Positions 33,092-42,497 of a stretch of 64,000 nt of DNA are shown piece after piece. The position numbers were made by a program, and so were the translations under genes. The stretch's first letter is position 1. Each line of letters opens with the position of its first letter. Location of the stretch: the NCBI GenBank assembly GCA_021325145.1, contig JAJPHR010000074.1, positions 1,873-65,872 of the forward strand, read 5' to 3'. The notes under the pieces were generated by a model. The model was not told the DNA's origin. It saw only the letters and a program-made list of their open reading frames with translations, and searched no databases. The stretch comes from Verrucomicrobiota bacterium (GTDB lineage Bacteria; Verrucomicrobiota; Verrucomicrobiia; Limisphaerales; Pedosphaeraceae).

Positions 33092-35023
33092 CTAAAGTTG
33101 GGAGTGGAGAGCGGGCCGGAGTTCGACCCAGAAGCGGCTGCCGGCTCCGGGTTGGGATTCGACGCCGACGCGGCCACCCATGCGTTCAATGGCTTTGCGA
33201 ACGATGGCGAGGCCGATGCCAGTGCCTTCATAAGGACCCGGGGGATTGGCGCGCTGAAACATTTGGAACAGCCGTTTGTGAAAGCTTTCTTCGATGCCAA
33301 TGCCGTTGTCTTCGAACCAGAGGCGAACAAATCCGGAAAAGCCGGGTTCGGTGCGGATGTTGATTCGGGGGCGGACACCGGGGGCAACAAATTTTGCCGC
33401 ATTGCCGAGCAGATTGGCAAAGACCTGGGTGAGCGCGGCGCGGTTGCCGAGTATGTTTGAAAGCGGAGTGTCAATGACTATATCGGCGTTTTGCGGCTGC
33501 AGTTCCGGGTAAGCGTGGATGAGTTCTTCGATCAGGGCCTGGGTGTCCACGGGCTCGAGTTGGAGGTCGGCGCGGACGATTTTGCTGTAGTCCAGGACGT
33601 CCTGAATGAGATGGTCGAGGCGGCTGGCTGAGAGGGTGATTCGCCGGAGCAGGCCACGGCCTTCTGTGTCCAGGCGGGTAGCGTGCTCCTCGTCGAGGAT
33701 GGCGGAGAAACTTTGCATGGCGCGAAGGGGAGCGCGCATGTCGTGGGCAATCGTATAGGAAAAGGCTTCGAGTTCGCCGATGGTTTCGGTAAGCCTGGCG
33801 GTGCGCTGCGCCACGAGTTGTTCCAGGGTGTGCTCGATCTTCTTGCGTTGAGTGATGTCGGACAGCACGACGATGACGTACGCATCGGCGAGCGGTGTTA
33901 CGCGCGGTTCGTAAACAACTTCGTAGTAGCGTTCTTCGCCGGTTTTCGGGTGGCGGGCAAGGTGGAGTTCGTAGCTGACGCGTTGGCCGGCAAAGGCGGA
34001 ATCAAGGCGGGGTTTTATTTGATCGTAAAGGTGAGCCAGAACATCCGAGACACGTTGACCAACGATGTTGGGATCGGGCAGTCCGAGAATGTCGGCGTAG
34101 GTTTGGTTGGCGAAAAGATAGCGGCGCTCTTTGTCCACCATCACCAAGCCGACTTGAGCTTCGTTGGCAACGGTGCGCAACACCGCTTCGCTCTCGCGCA
34201 AGGCTTCTTCAAACTGCTTGCGTTCGGTGACATCCCGAGTGGTGCCAGCGATTGCCTCAACTTCACCGTGCCGGCCAAGGACCGGGACAAAGATGTAATC
34301 GTAAACCCGCCGCCCGTGTGTGCCGGTGAAGGGGACTTCACCGCGGATGGGTTGCCTGGTGGCGATGACCTTTTCAATTTCCCGGTCATGCATGGCGGCG
34401 TGCCAGGGCTCGTATCCGAGTTCGAGGCAGTTTTTGCCGATGGCTTCGTCCCAGGTCCGCCCCCACATTTTGAGCAAGGCTGCGTTCGCGTAGGTGAAAC
34501 GGTGATCCAGGCCAAAGACATAAACCAGGTCCGGCGTATTCGATAGAATGGCTTCGTAGAAACGGCGTTGCTGCTCGGACTTGGTGGCGAGGCGCAGATA
34601 AGCTTCTTCGGCCCGCTTTCGTTCGGTTATCTCGCGAATGATTTTGGAAGCGCCAATAATGACTCCACTACTGTCCCTGACAGGAGAAACGGTCAGCGAC
34701 ACCTCCACCCGCTCGCCATCTTTCCTGACGCGCACCGTCTCGAAGTTCTGGATTTGGTCTCCGCTCCGCAATCGTTCCAGTATGTGCTCCTCCTCTTCCT
34801 GCCGTTCCCCGGGGATAATTTTCAAAATGGATTCCCCAACCATTTCGTCGGCGGCGTAACCAAACATCCGTTCCGCCGCCTTGTTCCAACTCGTCACCAC
34901 CCCGGCCAAATCCTTGCTGACGATCGCATCCTCGGAAGACTCGACAATCGCCGCGAGCAGGAAGGTTGCTTCTGCATCGCGGGCCACTTTGGAACTACGG
35001 GTTTTGGTGCTCGCTGTCATCAC
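33092..35023 (-). CDS. Cytoplasmic multi-PAS sensor histidine kinase (3 PAS/PAC + HisKA + HATPase_c), 643 aa, orphan (no adjacent response regulator).
   Basis: PAS repeats with coiled-coil linkers. H-box FSYTIAHDMRAPLRAM. N, G1 (DNGIGI) and G2 (GTGIGLAIV) boxes. Confidence 0.9.
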   Translation of the reverse strand: MMTASTKTRSSKVARDAEATFLLAAIVESSEDAIVSKDLAGVVTSWNKAAERMFGYAADEMVGESILKIIPGERQEEEEHILERLRSGDQIQNFETVRVRKDGERVEVSLTVSPVRDSSGVIIGASKIIREITERKRAEEAYLRLATKSEQQRRFYEAILSNTPDLVYVFGLDHRFTYANAALLKMWGRTWDEAIGKNCLELGYEPWHAAMHDREIEKVIATRQPIRGEVPFTGTHGRRVYDYIFVPVLGRHGEVEAIAGTTRDVTERKQFEEALRESEAVLRTVANEAQVGLVMVDKERRYLFANQTYADILGLPDPNIVGQRVSDVLAHLYDQIKPRLDSAFAGQRVSYELHLARHPKTGEERYYEVVYEPRVTPLADAYVIVVLSDITQRKKIEHTLEQLVAQRTARLTETIGELEAFSYTIAHDMRAPLRAMQSFSAILDEEHATRLDTEGRGLLRRITLSASRLDHLIQDVLDYSKIVRADLQLEPVDTQALIEELIHAYPELQPQNADIVIDTPLSNILGNRAALTQVFANLLGNAAKFVAPGVRPRINIRTEPGFSGFVRLWFEDNGIGIEESFHKRLFQMFQRANPPGPYEGTGIGLAIVRKAIERMGGRVGVESQPGAGSRFWVELRPALHSQL

Positions 35024-35347
35024 GAGAGGTGATATTCGCGGTCAATATCACGCAGCCCCTCACAATTTTCCAAAGCTTTCTTCGTGCTTGCGGTTCGCTT
35101 TTTAGCCCGCCACCCCAACGACGCCCAAAACTCCATTTTCTTTGGCACGACAGCCGGGTATCGGGTTTTCTGAACCTCTTGAGGGCCGGATATGTCCAAA
35201 CTTAAAGAACGGAGGCGGTTGCGCTGCCGGCGGGGGAGATCATAGGCCTGCGTTCGGCGAGGCTGGCGGCGAGACATAACAGATTGGCGGCGTTTTTGCC
35301 GGGCAAGAGCGCCGAATGGCGTTCTTTTTGCGTCCGAGGATAACGGG

Positions 35348-36436
35348 TTGACTTGGATAGGGGGCAACCGTAGATTGCCTAGGATGTTTGCTGCCGATAC
35401 CAGAGCGGTTGCTGTTCCCGTCACCGGTGGATTGAAGAAGGAAACCTTTGTCACGTGGAAGGTTATAGCCGAACCAGTCGAGCCTTTTTTGGAGGCGGTG
35501 GCGTCGCGCCTGGCCCGGCAGGTGCGGGAGTTTGACCCCGCTTTGCTGCCTTACGCCGAATACGCACTGACCGGGAACGGGAAGCAATTGCGTCCGGCAC
35601 TCGTGGCGTTGAGCGCGGGTTCCGTGGGACCGGTGAACGATTCGCACATCACTGTGGCCGTGATCATCGAGATGGTGCATCTGGCGACGCTGGTGCACGA
35701 CGATGTCATGGACGAGGCGGAAATCCGGCGCGGCCGATTGACGCTGGGAGCCACTTGGGGAAATGAGATCGCGGTGTTGTTTGGGGATTGCCTGTTTGCG
35801 CATGCGTTAAAGCTGGCGGCCAGTTTTCCAACGCCGGAGATCTGCCGGGCGGTGGCCATGGCCACCAATACGGTGTGCTCGGGCGAAATTCTCCAGACGC
35901 AACACCGGCGGAACTTTCAACTTTCGCAGCGCGAATATTTCAAAGTTCTGGCCATGAAGACGGCCGAGTTATTCGCGCTTTCGTGCGACCTGGGCGCGTG
36001 TTTGAGCGGCGCGCCGGCCGTGGAACGCTCAGCTTTGCGCGAATTTGGCATGGCGCTGGGGACGGCGTATCAGATTTACGACGATTGCCTGGACTTGTTC
36101 GGTTCCGAAGTGGCGGCGGGCAAATCGCTTGGGACGGACCTTGCGAAGGGAAAATTGACGCTGCCGCTATTGCTGGCCTGGCAACGGGCGGGCGCAAATG
36201 AAAGGGCCCGCCTGGAAGAATTTATCCAAAAATGGGAACCGCGCTGGTTTGCGCCAGTACGGGAGTTGCTGGTCCAGCACGAAACCCTGCCCGAATCGAT
36301 CAAGATCATATATCAATATCTTGCGCAAGCGCGCAAAGCGTTGAAGGTCCTGCCGGAAACAGCGAAGCTTTCCGGTTTGGTCGGCCTTACGGAATATCTC
36401 ACTCGTCAAACCAATACCCTGGGAGTTTGTGCCTGA
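35348..36436 (+). CDS. ispB: Long-chain trans-polyprenyl diphosphate synthase (IspB-like octaprenyl/solanesyl-PP synthase).
   Basis: FARM motif LVHDDVMDEAEIRRG and SARM motif YQIYDDCLD. The true start may be a downstream Met (e.g. MFAAD at about 35384). Confidence 0.85.
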   Translation: MTWIGGNRRLPRMFAADTRAVAVPVTGGLKKETFVTWKVIAEPVEPFLEAVASRLARQVREFDPALLPYAEYALTGNGKQLRPALVALSAGSVGPVNDSHITVAVIIEMVHLATLVHDDVMDEAEIRRGRLTLGATWGNEIAVLFGDCLFAHALKLAASFPTPEICRAVAMATNTVCSGEILQTQHRRNFQLSQREYFKVLAMKTAELFALSCDLGACLSGAPAVERSALREFGMALGTAYQIYDDCLDLFGSEVAAGKSLGTDLAKGKLTLPLLLAWQRAGANERARLEEFIQKWEPRWFAPVRELLVQHETLPESIKIIYQYLAQARKALKVLPETAKLSGLVGLTEYLTRQTNTLGVCA

Positions 36437-37103
36437 CGCCACCTTACTGATTATGACAGATCCGGCTCCCGGCAAGGCGGCGGATAACTCCCCGCCCCCC
36501 AATGACTCGTCCAGTCCCGCCCCCGCCAACGGGCCAGAGGAGGAATCGAGTTTGGTGCGCCGTGCCCGGGAGGGTGACATGAGCGCCTACGATGATCTCG
36601 TGCGCCGTTATCAGGAGCGGATTTATGCGACGATCTACCACATGACGTCGAACCATGAGGATGCGAGCGATCTGGCGCAGGAGTCGTTCATCAAAGCCTT
36701 TCAAGCGCTCCATTCGTTCAAGGGCGGATCGAGCTTTTATACCTGGATTTACCGGATCGCAGTGAACAAAACGATTAATTTCTTGAAGCAAAGGAAAAAT
36801 CGTGCGCAAATGAGCCTCAATGACCTGGATTTTAACGCGGAACATGATCCGGACCTGGTGGCGTTGATTTCGGACAAAACGCCCCGGCGGGACGTGAATC
36901 TGGCGGAATTGCAGGAAAAATTGAACGCCGCAATGCAAAAACTGTCTGACCATCACAGATTAGTGGTCACGTTGCACGATGTTCAGGGCTTGTCGCATGA
37001 AGAAATTGCAAAAATCATGGAATGCAACATCGGCACCGTCCGCTCGCGCTTATTTTACGCCCGCCAGCAAATGCAAGCTTACTTGTCTGATTACCTAAAG
37101 TGA
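36429..37103 (+). CDS. ECF sigma factor (RpoE/sigma-24-like).
   Basis: Region 2 (YDDLVRRYQERIYATIYHMTSNHEDASDLAQESFIKAF) and region 4 (VTLHDVQGLSHEEIAKIMECNIGTVRSRLFYARQQM). It overlaps the ispB stop by 8 nt. The start may be at 36453 (MTDPAP). Confidence 0.85.
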   Translation: MPDATLLIMTDPAPGKAADNSPPPNDSSSPAPANGPEEESSLVRRAREGDMSAYDDLVRRYQERIYATIYHMTSNHEDASDLAQESFIKAFQALHSFKGGSSFYTWIYRIAVNKTINFLKQRKNRAQMSLNDLDFNAEHDPDLVALISDKTPRRDVNLAELQEKLNAAMQKLSDHHRLVVTLHDVQGLSHEEIAKIMECNIGTVRSRLFYARQQMQAYLSDYLK

Positions 37104-37104
37104 T

Positions 37105-37593
37105 TTGATTATGAGCAACGCACCGGAAGAATTCGAACAATTACGCAAGCTGCTGAAACTGAAGCGCTACGAACAGCCGCCACCCCGCTTTTTCAACGAG
37201 TTTTCAGGTCAGGTGATTGATGGGATTGAGCGAGCGGCTTCCCGCGGCTCAGCCGACCGCTTCCTGGATAACGCTCCCTGGTTGGTCCGCTTTTTCCGGA
37301 CTCTGGAAAGGAATGCGCTCGTGGCAGGAAGCTTTGTCACTGGTGTTTGTGCGTTGCTGATCGGCGGGATTGTTTATTCCGAGTACGTTGTTGACCAACC
37401 GTCTGGAACTGATTCAGCCAATGCCGATTTCGCGGCAAAACCCGCGGAGGTATCCGGTTTCCAATTCGCAGGCACAGAACATGTCAGTTCCAGTCTCGAA
37501 CCGGTTTTCTCAACTAATTCCTTCCACGGTGACTCATTGTTTGAGCAGGGCCAGCCGAGTGCCAAATTGGTGAGTTGGTCGGTGCCGCAATGA
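37105..37593 (+). CDS. Putative single-pass anti-sigma factor cognate to the upstream ECF sigma, 162 aa.
   Basis: Begins 2 nt after the sigma stop. Single TM (LVAGSFVTGVCALLIGGIVY). The N-terminal cytoplasmic segment is typical for an anti-sigma. Confidence 0.55.
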   Translation: MIMSNAPEEFEQLRKLLKLKRYEQPPPRFFNEFSGQVIDGIERAASRGSADRFLDNAPWLVRFFRTLERNALVAGSFVTGVCALLIGGIVYSEYVVDQPSGTDSANADFAAKPAEVSGFQFAGTEHVSSSLEPVFSTNSFHGDSLFEQGQPSAKLVSWSVPQ

Positions 37594-37713
37594 ACTGACG
37601 GCTGTGCTCCAGGGAACTACCCCGGTCAGTGTTAGAAATCTCATCGGCAATCTAGGCGAGCACACATGAATGCGACTTCGCGCAGTCGCGGTGTTTTCGC
37701 CGCTTCTGCAAAC

Positions 37714-38931
37714 TCAATATTCCTTGTCAAACCGCAGCGGCAAGGTGTCTCCGGTTACCGTGAGTTTGTCGCCTTCCACCACAGCTTCGAGCGTGGGCTT
37801 GCCGCCGATGCTGAGCTGGTATTTGCTCCCCTCTGCGGCCCATTGGCCTTGTAGTGACTGATACTCGACGGTTGGGGGGGAGGTAGGCTTGGGAGGCGGC
37901 TTGAGCGTGCCCAGGTTTTTGATGAACACCTGCTTGTCCGGCGCGGCTACCAGTGTGACTTTGGAAAGGGTCGCCGAAACCACTCGCTTGACGCGTTGAA
38001 GTTCTGCCGCCGAGATGTTCGGCTTGGCTCGCCGGACGACATTCAGCACGCCATTCAAATCAATGTCCCAGCGGCCCAGGATCTTTTCGTCATACGTGGC
38101 CGATTGTCCGGTGCGCAGGAACGTTAGCAGGTCCTTCAAATTCGGCAGCGTCACCGCCCAAATCTCCTTGAGCAAATCCGGGTTGTCCAGAATGGCCCTG
38201 GCTTTGGGGTGATCGATAAGGTCGGAGAAGGACGGCTGTTTCTGACGGAATTCGGTAAACTCCTTGTCGTTCGCGATGTCCTGAAATTGCGGACGCTCGC
38301 CCAGGGAGAGAAAGGCGGGGTAGCGCGCCAATCGAGCTTCCAAAAGATCATTATGGTAAATCAAACCGATGATGTCCGCGGCCTCGAAATACGATTCCGG
38401 CATCGGATCGATGGCCGCCACAACCTTGGCCATGCCGGAGGAAACGACGTCTTTTCCCAAAAAATTCAGCATCTTGACCGAGGTCGCCCCGTTGTCCCCT
38501 GTGACCATCTGGGTGGTTCCGTAGCTGAAGACATAAATCACCAGCGAAATCAGAATCGTGTAAGCCGCGCCATTGGCGAGTCCCAAACAAAGTCCCAAGC
38601 GCGCGCTCAAGCGGTTCCACAAGCCCATGCGGAGGTCGCCGACCTTGTACTTGTAATACACATCGACCTTCTGGTGCACGAAGAAGCCGGCAATTTTGAA
38701 AATGATGAGGACAATTACAAAGATGATAAACGGCCCCGTGAGCCAGATGAAAAACGGGTTCTTCATTCCGAACAAGGCCAGCACGGGATTGAGCAAATGG
38801 CCGAGCGGAAAGGCCAGCAACGCCCCGATCAGCAAACCCACGAATGAAAAACCGACGCGAACAACGCCCATGTTGAAACCGACGACTGCCAGAGAGCCAA
38901 GCAGCACTAAAGCCAGAATCCAAATTGTCAT
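37714..38931 (-). CDS. Polytopic membrane protein, possibly CvpA-family N-terminus (4 TM) with a large soluble C-terminal domain, 405 aa.
   Basis: Four N-terminal hydrophobic helices with a CvpA-like pattern. No confident family for the C-terminal half. Confidence 0.4.
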   Translation of the reverse strand: MTIWILALVLLGSLAVVGFNMGVVRVGFSFVGLLIGALLAFPLGHLLNPVLALFGMKNPFFIWLTGPFIIFVIVLIIFKIAGFFVHQKVDVYYKYKVGDLRMGLWNRLSARLGLCLGLANGAAYTILISLVIYVFSYGTTQMVTGDNGATSVKMLNFLGKDVVSSGMAKVVAAIDPMPESYFEAADIIGLIYHNDLLEARLARYPAFLSLGERPQFQDIANDKEFTEFRQKQPSFSDLIDHPKARAILDNPDLLKEIWAVTLPNLKDLLTFLRTGQSATYDEKILGRWDIDLNGVLNVVRRAKPNISAAELQRVKRVVSATLSKVTLVAAPDKQVFIKNLGTLKPPPKPTSPPTVEYQSLQGQWAAEGSKYQLSIGGKPTLEAVVEGDKLTVTGDTLPLRFDKEY

Positions 38932-39031
38932 GCTCTGAGCTTACGCCGCTTCCCGAACGAAATCACGCTGAAAATGCACAGCGCGGTTTGGCACATAAAC
39001 GCGGGTTATTGTACATGCGCCAACTGGAGTC

Positions 39032-39961
39032 CTAATTATTCGAAAGCTGATGGGTGCGGGTTACGGTCGCACGGGGAGCGGGCGAGGGGATCGGGCAATA
39101 AACTTCGAGCCAGTTGCCGTTGGGATCGCTGATGGAAAGGAGCTGCGAGTCGGAACCGGCTGCTTCCGGGCGGGTCTTGACGCCAGACTCGCGTGCACGG
39201 GCGCGCAGGTCGGCGAGGGCCTCTGCCGATGGAACCTCAAGCCGGTAACTGATCAACCCGACGCTATTCGCTGGCGGCGCGGCATGGCCCGCCCAGGTGT
39301 TGGCCGCCAGATGATGGTGGTAACCGCCCGCCGAGAAGAATAACGCGCCAGGATAGTTTCGTTGGGTCACATCGAATCCGAGAAAATTACGAAAGAAATG
39401 TTCGGCGGCCGCAAGATTCCGCACGTGCAGATGGATGTGGCCCAGATCTGTGCCGGCTGGAACGTGCGCGGGCGTCGTTTCCGGTTTGATTGTCGCGAGC
39501 AGGCTGGCCATGTCGAGAGGCTTGGTGCTCATGCCGACCTGCCCGTTGTGCCATTGCCAGGTCGCGCGCGACCGGTCCGCATAGAGCTCCACGCCGTTGT
39601 TATCGGGGTCGCTGAGATAAATGGCTTCGCTCACGTCGTGGTCTGAAGCGCCTTCGATGGGATGGTTGGCGTTTAAAAGCCTTTGAAAGGCGTGAGCGAG
39701 ATCGCGGCGCGTGGGATAACGGAGGGCAAGATGGTAAAGTCCAATGGTGCGCAAAGGACGCGAAGCGGCGTTGCGATCCTCCGTGAGGATGATGAGCGGG
39801 GGCCCATTCTCCGCCGCGCCCAGGCTCACCTCCGTCGTGCGGTTTTCGAGCACTTTTAAACCGAGCACACCCTCATAGAAACCGAGCGCCCGCCGGAGAT
39901 CAGCCGTCCGCAAATGCACGCGGCTGAGGCGCGTTTCTTCAGGTAGATGGGATGGGCTCAC
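39032..39961 (-). CDS. VOC-family (glyoxalase/bleomycin-resistance/extradiol-dioxygenase) protein with two tandem VOC modules, 309 aa.
   Basis: Two beta-alpha-beta-beta-beta modules with HxxxxxxD/E metal-ligand patterns (HLRTADLRRALGFYEGVLGL...; HIHLHVRNLAAAEHFFRNFLGF...). Confidence 0.7.
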   Translation of the reverse strand: MSPSHLPEETRLSRVHLRTADLRRALGFYEGVLGLKVLENRTTEVSLGAAENGPPLIILTEDRNAASRPLRTIGLYHLALRYPTRRDLAHAFQRLLNANHPIEGASDHDVSEAIYLSDPDNNGVELYADRSRATWQWHNGQVGMSTKPLDMASLLATIKPETTPAHVPAGTDLGHIHLHVRNLAAAEHFFRNFLGFDVTQRNYPGALFFSAGGYHHHLAANTWAGHAAPPANSVGLISYRLEVPSAEALADLRARARESGVKTRPEAAGSDSQLLSISDPNGNWLEVYCPIPSPAPRATVTRTHQLSNN

Positions 39962-40093
39962 GGCTTAATATCCACCATTTTCCGCGTGGGTCAACCCGGA
40001 TGAAGTGTCCCGGGGGTGGCCAACTGGCCCGGTCGCCCGTTCCAATTGTATTGATATTGGCTGTGGCTTTGTTAAAGTAAGAGCGCAGTCCGA

Positions 40094-41167
40094 ATGATCA
40101 TGTCCACGCTGACGATTCAGCTTCCCGGTTCACCGCCCGTTGCGCATGTTTTGCAGGAGGAAACAGTCACAATCGGACGGATGGAGGGAAACACAATCGT
40201 CGTTGACGACGCCTCGGTTTCGATGTTCCACGCCAAGATTACCAGGAAGGACGGAGCTTTTTTTGTCAAAGATCTGAATTCGACGAATGGGACTTTTGTG
40301 AACGGGCAGCCAGTCCGCGAGGCCCGGCTCAAGGATCTCGACAAGGTGCGTTTTGCCGATGTGTTCGCGCAATTTCAAGCTGACCCGGCTGATCGAATTA
40401 TCGGTCTGACGCCGGCCCAACCTGCGCCGACAGCCGGAGCCGCTTCCAAACCTGTCCGACCGCCGGCAGCTCCGTTTAACGCCGGCCGCTTCTTTGCTTC
40501 GCTGGCGCCTTATCTGGGGGGAATTGCGGCTTTGGGTGTGGTCTCGCTGCTGATCTGGAAACTTGTGCACACGGAGAAGGATGGATCCGAGAATTCTGGC
40601 AAACCCGGAGCACCCGCCAGCATCGCGTCAGCCAAACCAAATCAGGGCCTTGCGGCCGACGGACACGCTGCGGCGGCTAAAGCCAATCCTGTGACCAATT
40701 CAGGCGGGCCAGTTCCTGCGGCCACCGAAGCAGCCGGCGAGAGCGTGGCGGATTTGGTAAAGGCATTGAATGCTCCGACGGTGGCGGAGCGGCGGCGCGC
40801 GGCGACTGCCTTGCATTCCCTGGGCGCCGAGGCAAAATCCGCCACGCCAGCCCTGCGTGTGTCCCTAAAAGATTCCGACCCGGAAGTTCGGATGTGGGCC
40901 GCGCTGACTTTGATCAACAACGAATCTTACGACAAGGCGGCGGTGCCGATTCTGGTCGGAGCGTTGCACCACGACAACGCGGTGATCCGGCAGGTGGCTT
41001 GTTTGTCCCTTGGTCTCATTTCGTACGAACCATCCGAAAGAGAATCAGTAATCCCCGCTCTGGCGCAAGCCGCGGGCAAAGACACTGACGAAGACGTTCG
41101 CAAAGCCGCGCTTTCCGCGTTGAGTGTCATTGACCCGGAAGCCGGGGCCAGGGTGGGCGGCAAGTGA
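40094..41167 (+). CDS. FHA-domain protein with one TM helix and C-terminal HEAT/PBS-lyase-type repeats, 357 aa.
   Basis: FHA (VTIGRMEGNTIVVDDASVSMFHAKI...STNGTFVNGQPV). TM segment LGGIAALGVVSLLIW. Repeats with DxxVRxxAAxALxxIG periodicity at the C-terminus. Confidence 0.75.
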   Translation: MIMSTLTIQLPGSPPVAHVLQEETVTIGRMEGNTIVVDDASVSMFHAKITRKDGAFFVKDLNSTNGTFVNGQPVREARLKDLDKVRFADVFAQFQADPADRIIGLTPAQPAPTAGAASKPVRPPAAPFNAGRFFASLAPYLGGIAALGVVSLLIWKLVHTEKDGSENSGKPGAPASIASAKPNQGLAADGHAAAAKANPVTNSGGPVPAATEAAGESVADLVKALNAPTVAERRRAATALHSLGAEAKSATPALRVSLKDSDPEVRMWAALTLINNESYDKAAVPILVGALHHDNAVIRQVACLSLGLISYEPSERESVIPALAQAAGKDTDEDVRKAALSALSVIDPEAGARVGGK

Positions 41168-41582
41168 GCTGAACGCGGCAAGAACCACGTTCTTGGATTC
41201 GCAGGAACACTCCGGGTTCGGAGGCCCGGCTTTAGCTGGCGAGGTGTGCCTTCCTGCCTGATACTACGCGCCGAAAGCCGCAGTGTTGACATGGCTGACC
41301 CCGTGCCATCGCCGCGCCTGGATGGTATAATCCAGATCTTCGAAATACAGCACCACGCGAAGCCGCAGAACTTTTTCCTTCTGGGCGACGGCGCAGGCAT
41401 AACGGCTGGAGCGAAAATCCTGCGCTTCGCGGGGCGCAGGGGTCCAGGTGCCGCCGGGCGCGGCGTATCTTTCACTTTGCACGTCCTGGATGAGGACTTT
41501 CATCAGTCGGAAATCTAGCTGAGTTGTTGTCGGTCTGGCAGTCAGTCTTTGCCTTAAACAAAGCTTCCTGTTGTCCTACAAA

Positions 41583-42020
41583 CTAGTTCAGTTCAGGCTG
41601 TCCCACCAAGAGCGGCGCAGACAGGTTGGCGGATTTCTTCGGCGCCCTTTTCCGGTTCCCGAGGTTCCAGCCAAAGGCAATGATGGCGACATCCACGGCG
41701 AGCAGGAGCGCGAATCGCGCGGTCGCCCGCTGGCTTTCATAATCGGCGACACGATCAAACTCGTTGTCCAAAGCGGTCTTGTTCGCCATGGACGGTTGAA
41801 AGGCGTACGCCGTTTCAAGCCGGCTGAGCGATTTCGTGGTGGCAGCGGGCCAACAGACAAAGAGCATCTGGCCGAGCAAAAACCAAATGAGCACCAGCCG
41901 GATCACCAGCGTTTTCAGGTTGAGCCGGGGCTGCTGGCTGTTCGATTGCTTCGTGTGTTGTTCGTTTGGTTCGGTTATCATAATCAGGCTTCGTCGTTTG
42001 CTGGTCATGCTCCGGTCCAA
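41583..42020 (-). CDS. Hypothetical small membrane protein (145 aa, 2 TM).
   Basis: Complete ORF with two hydrophobic helices. No family recognised. Confidence 0.3.
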   Translation of the reverse strand: MDRSMTSKRRSLIMITEPNEQHTKQSNSQQPRLNLKTLVIRLVLIWFLLGQMLFVCWPAATTKSLSRLETAYAFQPSMANKTALDNEFDRVADYESQRATARFALLLAVDVAIIAFGWNLGNRKRAPKKSANLSAPLLVGQPELN

Positions 42021-42497
42021 TGGCGGTACAGGTTTTGGTCCTCGAGCAAAGTATCCACCCAGCGGCAGGCATAACTTTTGGGGAGATCGACCCGCCTGAG
42101 CATCGAGATCATCCGGGAGCGGTCCCCGCGGGAGGCTGCGGCATCGAATTGGTCCAGGAGCCCTGAAACCAGGAGACGCTCACTGACCGCCAGGTCTCCG
42201 TACGCTTGTTTGGATCGGTTTCGTCTATGCACAGAAATTTACGAATGGCCGGTGCGGCCTTTTGTCACCTCAGTAACAGCAATTAGCTTGCCGAAGGAAT
42301 CGCTGCGTATTCAGGCAGGCGAAGCTGCCCTGGACAAGGCTGGACGTTCCAAAAATTGGACACTTGCCATCCTGCCGGTTGGCACGGCTCTTTAACAACG
42401 ACGGAGCGCAGAACTCCTGTTCTGCGCTCCGAAGGCCTAAACATCGCGAACATTCAACGCCGAAAGCGAGCGCTCCCTTCCACCCCTTCACTCCTTT

